Source: Azolla caroliniana (taxonomy: Eukaryota; Plantae; Polypodiophyta). From it: a stretch of 64,000 nucleotides of DNA. The position numbers were made by a program, and so were the translations under genes. The notes below the pieces were generated by a model that was not told the DNA's origin, did no database searches, and saw nothing but the letters and a program-made list of their open reading frames with translations. The DNA is taken from NCBI GenBank assembly GCA_043228905.1, contig JBHGNT010000015.1:18414001-18478000 (forward strand), given 5' to 3'. Numbering within the stretch: position 1 is the first letter of the stretch; every line of letters begins with the position of its first letter. Shown here one piece after another: positions 25,596-37,439 of this stretch.

Positions 25596-26373
25596 TTTCT
25601 GTGTTACCGTCGCTCTGATACCAGTTTGTTGCAAAACAGTGCTCGGCCACAACCGAGGAATGGGTCAACTCACAGAAAAACAGGAAATAGAAAATGCACA
25701 AAACAATAGAGAGAAAGGTACACTGGATGTTTTACGTGGAAAACCCTAAATGGGAAAAACCACGGGAGTCCTCAACCTCCAACTATCACTATGAACAGGG
25801 ATGTACACTGGTGAAGCTACAAGGCAACAACCTTGAGCTCACTGTCTTCGCCACAGGCGGCGGTAATACACAGAGGCAACGACCTCTTCGTCTCTCTCTC
25901 TCTCTCTCGGCTGCTCTCACTTCTCATGAAAAATGAGCAACAACATAAACTGTTTGCCCTAAGTCATATTTATACACATATGACTTTCGGGCTATTTACA
26001 AATATAGCCTCAAGGGCTCTTGGCAAACATATTCACAAATATGTCCCCGCATCCGGATCTCCCTCCGGGTACATTCGTCATCCGGCTCCGTAACCGGGGT
26101 CTTCAGCATCCGGCTCCGTAGCCGGGGTATTCATCATCCGGCTCCGTAGCCGGGGTCTTCATCATCCGGCACCGTAGCCGGGGTCTTCATCATCCGGCTC
26201 CGTAGCCGGGGTCTTCATCATCCGGCACCGTAACCGGGGTCTTCATCATCCGGCTCCGTAGCCGGGGTCTTCATCATCCGGCTCCGTAGCCGGGGTCTTC
26301 ATCATCCGGCACCGTAACCGCAACCGGGCTTGCCGTCATTCATCTCCGGACATCCCATCCGGAGGGACCGAAA

Positions 26374-29300
26374 TGTAGAGATTTGACGCTATCAAATCTT
26401 TCGCCTCTCGGCCACAACCGAGACAACACGGATCAATGCAGCAGAAAATGGGAAAAAAAAAAACACAGAGAGACGAATACACAGGGTATAACGTGGAAAA
26501 CCCTAAACGGGAAAAACCACGGGAGTGCACGACTCCAACTATCACTATACACTGGAATATACAATGGCGAGCTGCAAGGCGACGACCTTGAGCTCGCTGT
26601 CCTCGCCACAGGCGGCGGTATTACACAGAGGCGTCGACCTCTTCGTTTCTCTCTCTCTCTCTCTCTCTCGGCTGCTCTCACTTCTCATGAAAAATGAGCA
26701 ACAACATAAACTGTTTGCCCTAAGTCATATTTATACACATATGACTTTCGGGCTATTTACAAATATAGCCTCAAGGGCTCTTGGCGAACATATTCACAAA
26801 TATGTCCCCGCATCCGGATCTCCCTCCGGGTACATTCATCATCCGGCTCCGTAACCGGGGTATTCATCATCCGGCTCCGTAACCGGGGTATTCATCATCC
26901 GGCTCCGTAGCCGGGGTCTTCATCATCCGGATCCGTATCCGGGTACTCTTCATCCTCCGGTTCCGTAACCGCAACCGGGCTTGCCGTCATTCGTCTCCGG
27001 ACATCCCATCCGGAGGGACCGTAAATCCCAACAAACTCCCCCTTCACTTCGGCATGGGATGTCTCTCCAATCCGATCCTCTTCCGGCATGCTTCCAGCTT
27101 GTCGGGTGTAAGTACCTTGGTCAGCATATCCGACCCGTTCTCGTCCGTGTGGATCTTCGTCAGCACGAACTCCTTGTCTTCTATCCTTTCCCGGATCCAG
27201 TGATATCTTCGCTGGATGTGCTTCGTCCGGGAGTGATAGGCCGCGTTCTTCGCAAGGTGGATGGCACTCTAACTGTCGCAGTAGAGTCGGTACTCCTCCT
27301 GCCGGATACCGAGCTCTCTAATGAAGTCCTTCATCCATATTATTTCCTTGCCGGCTTCAACAGCCGCCATGTACTCCGCCTCCGTGGTTGACAACGCAAC
27401 CGTCTTCTGCAGCCTCGACTGCCACGAAACGGCTCCCCCTGCATACGTCATCACATACCCTGATGTGGACCGGCTGGTATCTGCATCAGCCGACATATCC
27501 GAATCGGTGAAGCCGTCGAGTTCGGGCTTACCGGAGCCGAATCGGAGGCACACGTTTGCAGTGCCCTTCAGGTATCGGAGTATCCACTTGACCGCGTTCC
27601 AGTGCTCTTTGCCAGGGTTGCTCATGTACCGGCTCACCACTCCGACTGCATATCCTATGTCCGGTCTCGTACACACCATGGCGTACATCAAGCTCCCGAC
27701 GGCTGAGGCATATGGCACTTTCATCATATCCTCCTTTTCAGCCTTTGTCTTGGAACTTTGCTTGTTGGACAGCTTGCAGTTTGCCGGGAGGGTCGATCCG
27801 ACCGGTCTTGCTTCCGACATGTTGAACCGTTGAAGCACCTTTGTCACGTACTTCTCCTGTGACAGCCACAACTGCTTCTTCTTTCGGTCCCGGATGATGT
27901 GCATCCCTAGTATTTGCCTCGCCGGACCCAGGTCCTTCATTGAGAAGGTTCGGTGAAGCGCTTTCTTCAGCGCCCGTATCTTGACCTGGTCCCGTCCGAC
28001 GATCAACATGTCGTCCACGTACAGGAGGAGTATTAGAGAGTCTCCTCCTTCGAACTTCTTCACAAACACGCAGTGATCAGACTGCGTTTTGTGGTACCCT
28101 TCGTCGGTCATGAAGGAGTCGAACTTCCGGTACCATTGCCGGGGAGCCTGCTTCAGTCCGTAAAGGCTCTTCTTCAACCGGCATACCAGGTGCTCCTTCC
28201 CTTTCTTCTCGAATCCTTCCGGTTGCTGCATGTAGATCTCTTCTTCGAGGTCACCGTGAAGGAATGCCGTCTTCACGTCCATCTGTTCTACCTCGAGGTC
28301 CATGCTTGCCGCTATGCTCAGCACCGTCCGGATGGAGGTCATCTTCACTACCGGGGCAAATATCTCGTCGAAGTCGACGCCCTTCTTCTGCTGGAACCCC
28401 TTCACCACGATCCTGGCTTTGTATCTCGGGGGGTTTCCGGCATCTCCCGGTTTCAGCTTGAACACCCACTTGTTACGGAGTGCCCGTTTTCCTTTCGGCA
28501 ACTCCACAAGTTCATATGTGTGGTTCTCATGCAGGGAATCCATCTCGTCCTGCATGGCACTTAACCACCTGCGGCTCTGGGTGTCATGCTTTGCTTCTTC
28601 AAAGCTCTCCGGCTCCCCTTCGTCGGTTAGCAGCACGTGCTCTGGTTCCGGAAATCTCCGGGGGGCCCTTCTCTCTCTTAGAGGATATCTCCTTTCCGGA
28701 GCTTCGGTAACCGGTTCTTCCGATTCTTCTTCATCCGAATCCATTTCGGGATCGGGGCCGGTTCCGGTATTATTTTCATCTTCTTCGGCCGGTTCTGTTT
28801 CTTCACCGTCTTCGGCCGGATCCTCGAGTGCTAACCGGTCCCTTGCCGGTCGGGACTGCTCCTCGTAGAGTTGATCCTCACCGGTCGACTTGGAGCTCTT
28901 CATCTTCTTCTCCGACTCCCAGTCGGCGAGTGTCTTGTCCTCCATGAAGATGATATCTCGACTCCTGAATATCTTCTTGTCGACCGGATCCCATACTCGG
29001 TAGCCGAACTCGTCGTCGCCGTAACCGAGGAATATGCATGGCCGGGTCTTTGGATCTAGCTTTCCTCTCCGGTCCTTTGCCACATGCACGTATGCGAGAC
29101 ACCCGAACACCTTCAGATGCCGGTAGGACACTTCCTTACCGGTCCACACTTTCTGCGGCGTGTCTCCGTCCAAAGGTACTGAGGGTGATCTATTTATCAC
29201 ATACGTCGCCGTCGACATTGCCTCAGCCCAAAATCCCTTGGGTAATTTCGCATGCGCCAGCATACTCCGGACCCTCTCCATTATGGTCCGGTTCATCCTC

Positions 29301-31808
29301 TCGGCCAGCCCGTTCAGTTCCGGCGTCTTCGGCACAGTAAACTCGAGCCGGATCCCCTTCGAGCGACAGTACTCCTGGAACTGCCCCCGGTATTCCCCTC
29401 CGTTATCCGCTCGTATCGCTATCAGCTTCTTGCCGGATTCTCTTTCCACTCTCGCGTGGAGTTCTTTGAAGACGGACAACACTTGGTTCTTTGTCTTCAA
29501 CGGCGCCGTCCACAGCTTCCGGCTGTGATCATCAATGAATGTTACGAAGTACTGGGCTCCGTCATGTGACTTCGTTTCTACTTGACACACATCAGTGTGC
29601 ACCAACTCCAATGGTGCGCCACGTCTCGTCGGTGGCCTTGAGTGGAAGGAGGTCCGGTTTTGCTTACCGGCCAGGCAGTCGGTGCACTTCTCCAGGTGCA
29701 CATGCTTCACTGGAATAAGGTTGTCTTCTGCAAGCCTCTTCATCCCCTTCTCACTCATGTGGCACAGTCTCTTGTGCCACAGCTCACCGGCAGTGTCGGC
29801 TGCCACGTTCAGCTCCTCCGGACATAGCCGGGAATTCATCAGGTACAGGGTGTTGACCTTCCGGGCCCGAGCCACTATCAGGCTCCCCTTGCTGAACTTC
29901 ATGACACCGTTCCGGATGCTACCCGTGTAGCCTTCATCATCTAGCCTCCCGGCCGAGATCAGGTTCAATCGGACCTCCGGAACGTGTCGCACATTCTTCA
30001 ACAGCATTTTGCATCCGGTCGGGGTTGTTAACCACACGTCTCCTATGCCGGCAATCCGGCATGTACCTTCATTTCCCATCCGGACACAGCCGTGCTCACC
30101 GGCTGTGTAGGATGAGAAGTATTTCTTCTCCGGGGTCAGGTGGAACGACGCTCCGGAATCGACCACCCAGGTCATCTCTACGCCGGCAAGGTTCAGCTCC
30201 CTCTCTTCGGTAATGAGCATGATTTCTTCTTCACTTGCCGCGAGTGCCGTCGTTCCTTTCCGGTCCTGCCTTCGCCGATCCGGACCTCTCCGGTCCGTGG
30301 CTCCCCGGTATGCACCGTTTCCCTCCGGTGACTTCTTCGAATCGGTGTCGTCGGCTCCGTTGTCCTTTCGGTAATGCCGACAATTCTTCCGGAAGTGCCC
30401 CGGCTTCCCACAGTGGAAGCATGTGGGCCTTCCTCTTGACTGCGACCGGGTCCCCGACTTCTCCCGTCTTTGAGGACTCCGGTTCCATTGTCTTCCCCGT
30501 TCCGATTCGGTGAGCAGCGCCTTCGAGTCGGAGGCCGGTTCTTTATCTCTCCGACGCGCTTCTTCATTCAAAATACTTGTCTTTACCGTTTGTAAGGACA
30601 AGTTATCTTCGGTGCAGGAGGTGCTGAGAGTTACCACCAAGTTCTCCCAGCTTTCCGGCAATGTACACATCAAAATGATGGCTTGCATTGCGTCCTCCAG
30701 CGGGAACTTGATCGCCGCAAGCTGGTTCACGAATCCCATGAACGTGCTTACGTGTTCCACCATACTCTCGCCGTCCCGGTACTTGAGATTCACAATCTTC
30801 CTCATCAGGGAGGTCCGGTTCAACGCATTCTTCCTCTCGTAGAGGCCCGACAGCTTCTTCCACATCTCATATGCGTTGGTGTCATTCGCCACATGTTGTA
30901 GGACGCTTACATCGACATATTGTCGGATCGTCGCTACGGCTTTCCGGTTCAGGAGCTTCCACTCCGACTCAAGTACCCCCTTCGGTATTTCCGACCTGTC
31001 AATCGGTTCGTACAGGTCCCGAACAATCAGAAGATCCTCCATCTTGATCTTCCAGTCGGCGTAATTCTGCGCATTCAGCACCATCATGCCCGGAGGCCCG
31101 CTGCCGCCGCCTTCCATTTTCTGTGTTACCGTCGCTCTGATACCAGTTTGTAGAGATTTGACGCTATCAAATCTTTCGCCTCTCGGCCACAACCGAGACA
31201 ACACGGATCAATGCAGCAGAAAATGGGAAAAAAAAAAACACAGAGAGACGAATACACAGGGTATAACGTGGAAAACCCTAAACGGGAAAAACCACGGGAG
31301 TGCACGACTCCAACTATCACTATACACTGGAATATACAATGGCGAGCTGCAAGGCGACGACCTTGAGCTCGCTGTCCTCGCCACAGGCGGCGGTATTACA
31401 CAGAGGCGTCGACCTCTTCGTTTCTCTCTCTCTCTCTCTCTCTCGGCTGCTCTCACTTCTCATGAAAAATGAGCAACAACATAAACTGTTTGCCCTAAGT
31501 CATATTTATACACATATGACTTTCGGGCTATTTACAAATATAGCCTCAAGGGCTCTTGGCGAACATATTCACAAATATGTCCCCGCATCCGGATCTCCCT
31601 CCGGGTACATTCATCATCCGGCTCCGTAACCGGGGTATTCATCATCCGGCTCCGTAACCGGGGTATTCATCATCCGGCTCCGTAGCCGGGGTCTTCATCA
31701 TCCGGATCCGTATCCGGGTACTCTTCATCCTCCGGTTCCGTAACCGCAACCGGGCTTGCCGTCATTCGTCTCCGGACATCCCATCCGGAGGGACCGTAAA
31801 TCCCAACA
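26374..31808 (-). mobile_element. Very young copia C (close relative of B) inserted 8 bp inside the tip of the B 5' LTR
   Basis: TSD CGAAA at 26369-26373 and 31809-31813. The 660-bp LTRs at 26374-27033 and 31149-31808 appear identical. PBS 31134-31145, PPT 27034-27044. Confidence 0.97.
27044..31117 (-). pseudogene. Copia C gag-pol with a single nonsense mutation in RNase H
   Basis: Collinear with the B polyprotein. CAG>TAG at 27269-27271 gives CDS*SAIH where B has CDSQSAIH. Confidence 0.93.
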
Positions 31809-34295
31809 CGAAATCCCAACAGGTTGGTTGTATTATTGTTTTCTATTTTGAATAGAAAGAGTCTTTTGTGCCTTCTCTCTCTCTCTCTCTCTCTATCTCT
31901 GTGCACGATCTTGCAAACTGTCATACGCAGGTACTCAACCCCAATCGAATGCTACTTGATCTTCCGCATCGACACGGCCTTGTCTTCAACAGTCGGGTCA
32001 TGTGATGGTAAGATAGATTAAGTTACCGATCAACCGACAATACTGAGTCGGCTCGCACTCTCTTGTTCTAGAGCTGGCATCAAGCTTTAGTTTTTGATTG
32101 AGAGGGTTTGCCACAGGTTTCCACTCTGTCATCCCAAACTTGTACAACAAGTTGAGAATGCAGTGTCGTTGGGAGATCATGATCTCGATTGGTGTCCGAA
32201 TTACTTCTATCCCAAGGAAGTAATGGAGCTTGTGAATGTCTTTCATTTTGAATCTACCGGACATGAGTGTTTTGACTTTGTTAATGTCGGCTAGATTCTC
32301 TCCTCCGATTACCAGATCATCCACGTACAAGATGATGATGATTAGGTTGTCAGACTCGCTTCTTACATAGAGAAAGTTCTCTTATTTTAACATTCAGAAG
32401 CCAATTTGGTGAAGATATTGTATAATCTTTGAAGGCCAAGCACGCAGTGCTTGCTTGAGTTCATACAACGGCTTCTTGAGTCGGCAGACAACGGTCGGAT
32501 GGTTGGTTGTTTCGAAACCATGTGGTTGAATCATGAACACCTCCTCTTCTAATCCTCCTTGAAGAAAGGCATTCTTTACATCCATCTGATGGAGGTGCCA
32601 CCCTTTTGTTGTTGCAAGTGCAATGACTGTCCAAACCGTTATCATCTTTTCCACCGGGGGAAAGGTCTCGTCATAGTCAAGTCCATGTGTTTGTGCGTAG
32701 CCTTTTGCTACAAGTCGGGCCTTATAGCGGTTGACGGTGCCGTCAACATTATACTTCACTTTGTAAATCCATCTACAACCGATCGCCTTTTTATGTGGTG
32801 AGTGGGGAACAAGATCCCATGTCTCGTTCTTGCATAGTGTGTGCATCTCCTTGTTCATTGCTTCGACCCATCATGGATCCTTGGTTGCCTTAGAAAAAAA
32901 ATTCGGTTCTCAGACGGTTGTCATCTTCATCATAAAGGCATAGTGATATGCCATGTAGTCTTCGTAGTTGAATTGGCTGACCGGGTTTTTCTCTCGGGTG
33001 GAGTGACGGAGTTTCTCATTTGCGGCAACTATGGCTTTCTTTATTCCATTTGTCCGGATAATCAGAGCATCAAGGCCTTTGAACTCACTATTGAGGGAGT
33101 GAGACGATTCGTTGTCGTCTGGATCTTCGTACTCTGACATTTTGGCCTTCCCTTCGTCGGACTCGGCCAAGATGTGCTTTGATCGCTTGGAGGCTCTTGA
33201 GGTCCACTCAACCTAGTTGAGATTGGACTTTCTTCGAATGTATGCCTCAGTCGATCATCCTCTTCTATCTCATGGTCGGCCAAAATCGGTTCGGGTGGAG
33301 TCGGCTTTGGTTCTTACCTTGATGTTGATTCGTCGAAAACAACGTCTCGACTTACTCGAACTTTTCGAGCAAATGGATTATAACACTTGTACCCTTTTTG
33401 TTCGAGTGAATATCCTACGAGGATACATTTCTCTAACTTAGGATCGAGCTTTTGTTGCTTTTCGTCAGGAATATGTACATAACCAATTAAGCCGAATATC
33501 CTAACATGGGATAAATCCGGCTTCTTTCCGAAGAACTTCTCGTGGAGTGTGACATCGTGCACTCTCGATGTTGTGCATCGATTCATGAGCTAGACGACTG
33601 TGTTTGCCGCTTCTGCCCAATATGATTTAGGCAAGTTCTTTTCGTTCATCATCGCCCTGGCTACCTCTAATATGTGTTGATTCTTGCGTTCGGCTACTCC
33701 GTTTTGTTGAAGTGTGTGTCGACAAGTAAATTCTCCTTGAACTCCTTCCTTTTGGAGATAGGCTATAAATTCGTCCAAGAAATACTCCTTTCCTCCTTTA
33801 GTAACATTATTTGAGGTTATAAAAAGAGACAAGGTCAAATTAGAATGTTTCAGAGCGCCCAAATTTGGTATATAGCTCACATAATTTGAGGGAGTTTTCT
33901 TAGTTGCCAAAGGTCAAGTTGTACACCCATCACTAATTATTTTCCAAAGGTACATTTTGATTTTTCCAAAGTTATGGGTCAACCTTGATAGAAAACAATG
34001 AAACAAAAACTTTATTTTCAAAATTCAAGGTCTACATTTATAAAGTACCTCTCAAATATGCCTCTTAACTATATACAATGTGTAACTTGTTTTTATTTAC
34101 AATAATAAAGTGCATCAAAGAATAAGGAATATGTAGGCAAAATCCTTTGAGTAATGAGACCATCCTTTGCTTATATTTTAAGTTATTGGTAGAAGACATA
34201 TTGAAATGTTGAAAGCCAATTGACAACAATAAAGTTCTTGGTTCAAACATGTGGTGTTAACAAGATGGATATAATAAGACATCATTACATTGTGG

Positions 34296-34437
34296 TTGGA
34301 TGTAACCAATGTGGAAGCATAAAGGTATCATCTTTGCATATGCGTGTGCTTGTGCAATTGACATTGTAGACTTTCACGTTGAGAATGTGAAAATTGCCTC
34401 CACAAATTACCATATTCTCAACATTTTTGTAATAGAG
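34296..34437 (+). pseudogene. Relic ACT-like-domain exon of a third bHLH paralog
   Basis: Aligns to exon 49339-49509 (LDVTNVEA*RYHLCI..VLVQLT..VDFHVENVKIASTNYHILNIFVIE). The acceptor AG is mutated to GG, the GT donor is kept, and there is a stop plus 29 bp deleted. Confidence 0.8.
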
Positions 34438-35638
34438 GTACAAGAGCTAAATTATAGAACCAACAACATTAAGTATATGCATTGGGTATATTATGCTTCG
34501 TACTAAAAGTAACAACATCTTTGTGAAGTTGTTTCATAAAAGTTTTGCACTTGTACTACCTATGTAACATTTTCTTAATTTTATAGTAAGTGTTTTAACT
34601 TGTGTCTCTCTAATGAATTGTGTATGCCCCAACCATTATTATAATTTATACCACCATTTTTGTGCCTTTACATCATTCACGTAAAATTGTCATGCCCATT
34701 CATCACTCCAGACTATATATATCTTGTATCTTTCATGGAGTTCAATTGCATTATAAGAGGGAAACAAGGGCGATTTTTTGTTAACATTAAATATTTAGGC
34801 ATACAAATCAGTGCTATAGTCTTTCAAGAGTGTAACAATCATTCCAAATTCAAATTCCTATTGAGGGGCAAAGAATGGGTACTTGGTGAAAAGCAGTCTA
34901 TTCTTTTAAGATCTAGATGTCGAGGTTTAGTCATATGTCATTAGAGAAGGTTATATGAGTGTCTAATAAGAATATATGATATTAGAAACCGTGAAAGCCT
35001 GCGGCTAAATATGAATTAAAATGAATGCCCTATAAAGACATTCGTTAAGATAGAAATCTTTCTAGTCGGGCACCATGACCTATTCACAGGTTAAGACGTT
35101 GAGTCACATCTGTGCACTTATTTTGCATTCATTCGCGCTCGAATGGTGGTGTTAGTGAACTGAGTTTCCATGAAGGTGAACGTCCTCCTCCTAGCTAAAC
35201 CTTTGTGGAGTGAAGTTGCAATAGAAAAGACGTAAGTAAGTTGCAATACAAAATACGTAAATAATCATCTTTGCTAGATACTCTTTGTTGTCAAAAATCT
35301 ATGAGTAAGGAGAACTATTCATTGTCTAATCCTAGCCCTTATGGTTTGCTTTGATGTTCACAAAATATTAATGGAATTTGACTCAAAAGAAGATTTTACT
35401 CATGCCAATTGTCGTCATAGGCTTGAGTACTTTGCAATGCAGAGCCACTCATTTTATGAAACTTGAACCCCTATGAAAAACAAAAAGTGCTTTGATGATA
35501 GTTTCAAGAATAAAGAAAGAAGTGTTATACATTGTGACAATGTGTACGGCAAATGTTCTGAGGGAGAGTGACATTCACGACTCTCATTTTTGGGGTGAAA
35601 ACACACAATTTTATTAATAAACATCACACACACACACA

Positions 35639-35673
<35 letters not shown>

Positions 35674-36695
35674 ATTTCGAAGAGATGGTTGGGCATTGTC
35701 TGGTAATTGGACTCTTACACATGAACACATGCACATACATACTATCACTAATAACTATACTACAGAAAAGGTGACAAAGTCAATTTGTAGTCGTCATTGC
35801 CAAATTATTTTTTTCCTTTCGAAAGGATGGTAAAAAATAAAGAGGGGTTTTTTGGAAAATAAAAAATAAAAAATAATAAAGAGGGGTGGGCCAATAGAAG
35901 CCTGGAATGTTTTTTTTTTTTGAGGAAAAGAAAAGCGGGCGTAAGAAATCAAAGCTTGTTTCTTTTCGTTTACTTATTTCCAAAACCACGAAATCCTTAG
36001 GAGGGCACAAACATGAGGTCTAGAGTAGGATTAAGTATTCTTTTGTTTGATCTTGTGAACACAAGGCTGAGACTTTTGCTATTCAATATGGAAGGAAAAA
36101 AGACTAAAGCCATTGGAGGCGCGGAAAACACAAGCTTTGAGATTAATGAATATTTAGGAAAAAGCAAATTGGATGGGACTTGGCAAAACACATGGGGTTT
36201 TTTTTTGTTTGCTTATTTCCAAGAAAAGTAAACCATGGCTCCCAAAGACAATATACTAGCAAATTTTGATTTATAAGTATTTTGAAAAAAGAAAGTTAAA
36301 ATTTATTTGGATCAATTAGTGAACACAAAAAACGTGGACTATGTTTCTCATAACATACTTTGGAACATCTCCATTAAAGCCTCTTAATTATCAGATTGTG
36401 ATCCCATGAAAAAGGTATTCAAATTCATATGGTTTCAAGAATGAAAGAAAAGGTGCCAAACATCGCAATGTTTTTCTTCTAGTTGAGAGTCCACAAGTTT
36501 CAGGAGTGAAGGATACATATTACATACGAATAACACATGTGACAATAAGTAGAGAATGACTAAGTGAAGGAATAAGAGACATAATGAATGATAATACTAT
36601 TCGGATCACGTGAAAAAAGATGACAAGATGAAGTCCTCTGGTAGAAGTAGTTATGATTTTGCTTTTTGCAAGTGGATCTATTTTTTAGATGTAAA

Positions 36696-37439
36696 CTTCT
36701 ACTGTCAACATTTATTAAAATTTAGATGTTTAATTAGATCAATCAAAGGTTTTTTATGTGCTTATGTATCGTATTCCATGATCGAAATGTGGGCTTCCTT
36801 GTATAAAAAGTTACTTTTATATGCTTCTAATCACCTAATTTCTTTACCTTAATATGCCTACTACACTCGAGTAATTTGGCTTCTACTGTCAACATTTATA
36901 AAAATTTAGTTGTTTAATTAGATAAATTGAAGGTTTTTTATGTGCTTATACATAGTATTCCATGGTTGAAATGTGGGCTTCCTTGTATGAAAATTTACTT
37001 TTATATGCTTCTAATCACATAATTTCATTACCTTAATATGCCGACTACACTCGAGTAATTTGGCTTCTATTGTCAACATTTATAAAAATTTAGTTGTTTA
37101 ATTAGATAAATCGGAGGTTTTTTATGTGCTTATACATCGTATTCCATGATTGAAATGTGAGCTTCCTTGTATGAAAAGTTACTTTTATATGCTTCTAATC
37201 ACATAATTTCATTACCTTAATATGCCTACTACTCTCAAGTAATTTGGCTTCTATTGTCAACATTCATAAAAATTTAATTGTTTAATTAGATAAATCAAAG
37301 GTTTTTTATGTGCTTATATATCGTATTGCATGGTCGAAGTGTGGGCTTCCTTGTATGAAAAGTTACCTTTAGATGCTTATAATCACATAATTTCATTACC
37401 TTAATATGCCTACCACTCACAAGTAATTTGGATTCTACT
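36696..37439. repeat. 184-bp AT-rich tandem repeat, 4 copies
   Basis: Unit starts (CTTCTAyTGTCAACATT) at 36696, 36880, 37064 and 37248. Confidence 0.95.

Larger units (their letters stand above)
20785..31821 (-). mobile_element. Very young copia B inserted in the 3' LTR of A; its 5' LTR is split by element C
   Basis: TSD GGTTG at 20780-20784 and 31822-31826. 3' LTR 20785-21511, PPT 21512-21522, PBS (reverse complement TGGTATCAGAGC) 25612-25623, 5' LTR 25627-26373 plus 31809-31821. Confidence 0.97.
15531..31991 (+). mobile_element. Young copia A inserted in the RT of D; its 3' LTR is split by element B
   Basis: TSD GTCGG at 15526-15530 and 31992-31996. 5' LTR 15531-15841, PBS TGGTATCAGAGC 15844-15855, PPT 20631-20640, 3' LTR 20641-20784 plus 31822-31991. 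I see about two substitutions and a CT-length difference between the LTRs. Confidence 0.97.
10195..33800 (-). mobile_element. Old, 5'-truncated copia D (related to C1) that hosts the central nest
   Basis: Pol pieces on the minus strand at 33800-31997 (INT/RT), 15530-15437 (PDLGYLVGLLSQFMQ..RVLKYV) and 10783-10630 (CVQAGDVD..LPSLRG), plus an inverted piece at 12876-14475. The 3' LTR starts TGTTGAGAATC at 10405 (minus), as in C1, with a PPT at 10406-10415. Confidence 0.9.

Noticed and set aside
21627-31064. Numerous plus-strand antisense ORFs conserved between B and C
   Set aside because: Expected shadows of GC-rich gag-pol in closely related copies; no recognisable domains.
20785-31821. B and C as an assembly duplication or unequal-crossover tandem
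   Set aside because: They differ by many substitutions and in U5, each has its own LTR pair, and C has a perfect 5-bp TSD.
35800-36240. Imperfect inverted repeats suggesting an old MITE
   Set aside because: Too degenerate and A/T-rich; no termini or TSD could be defined.
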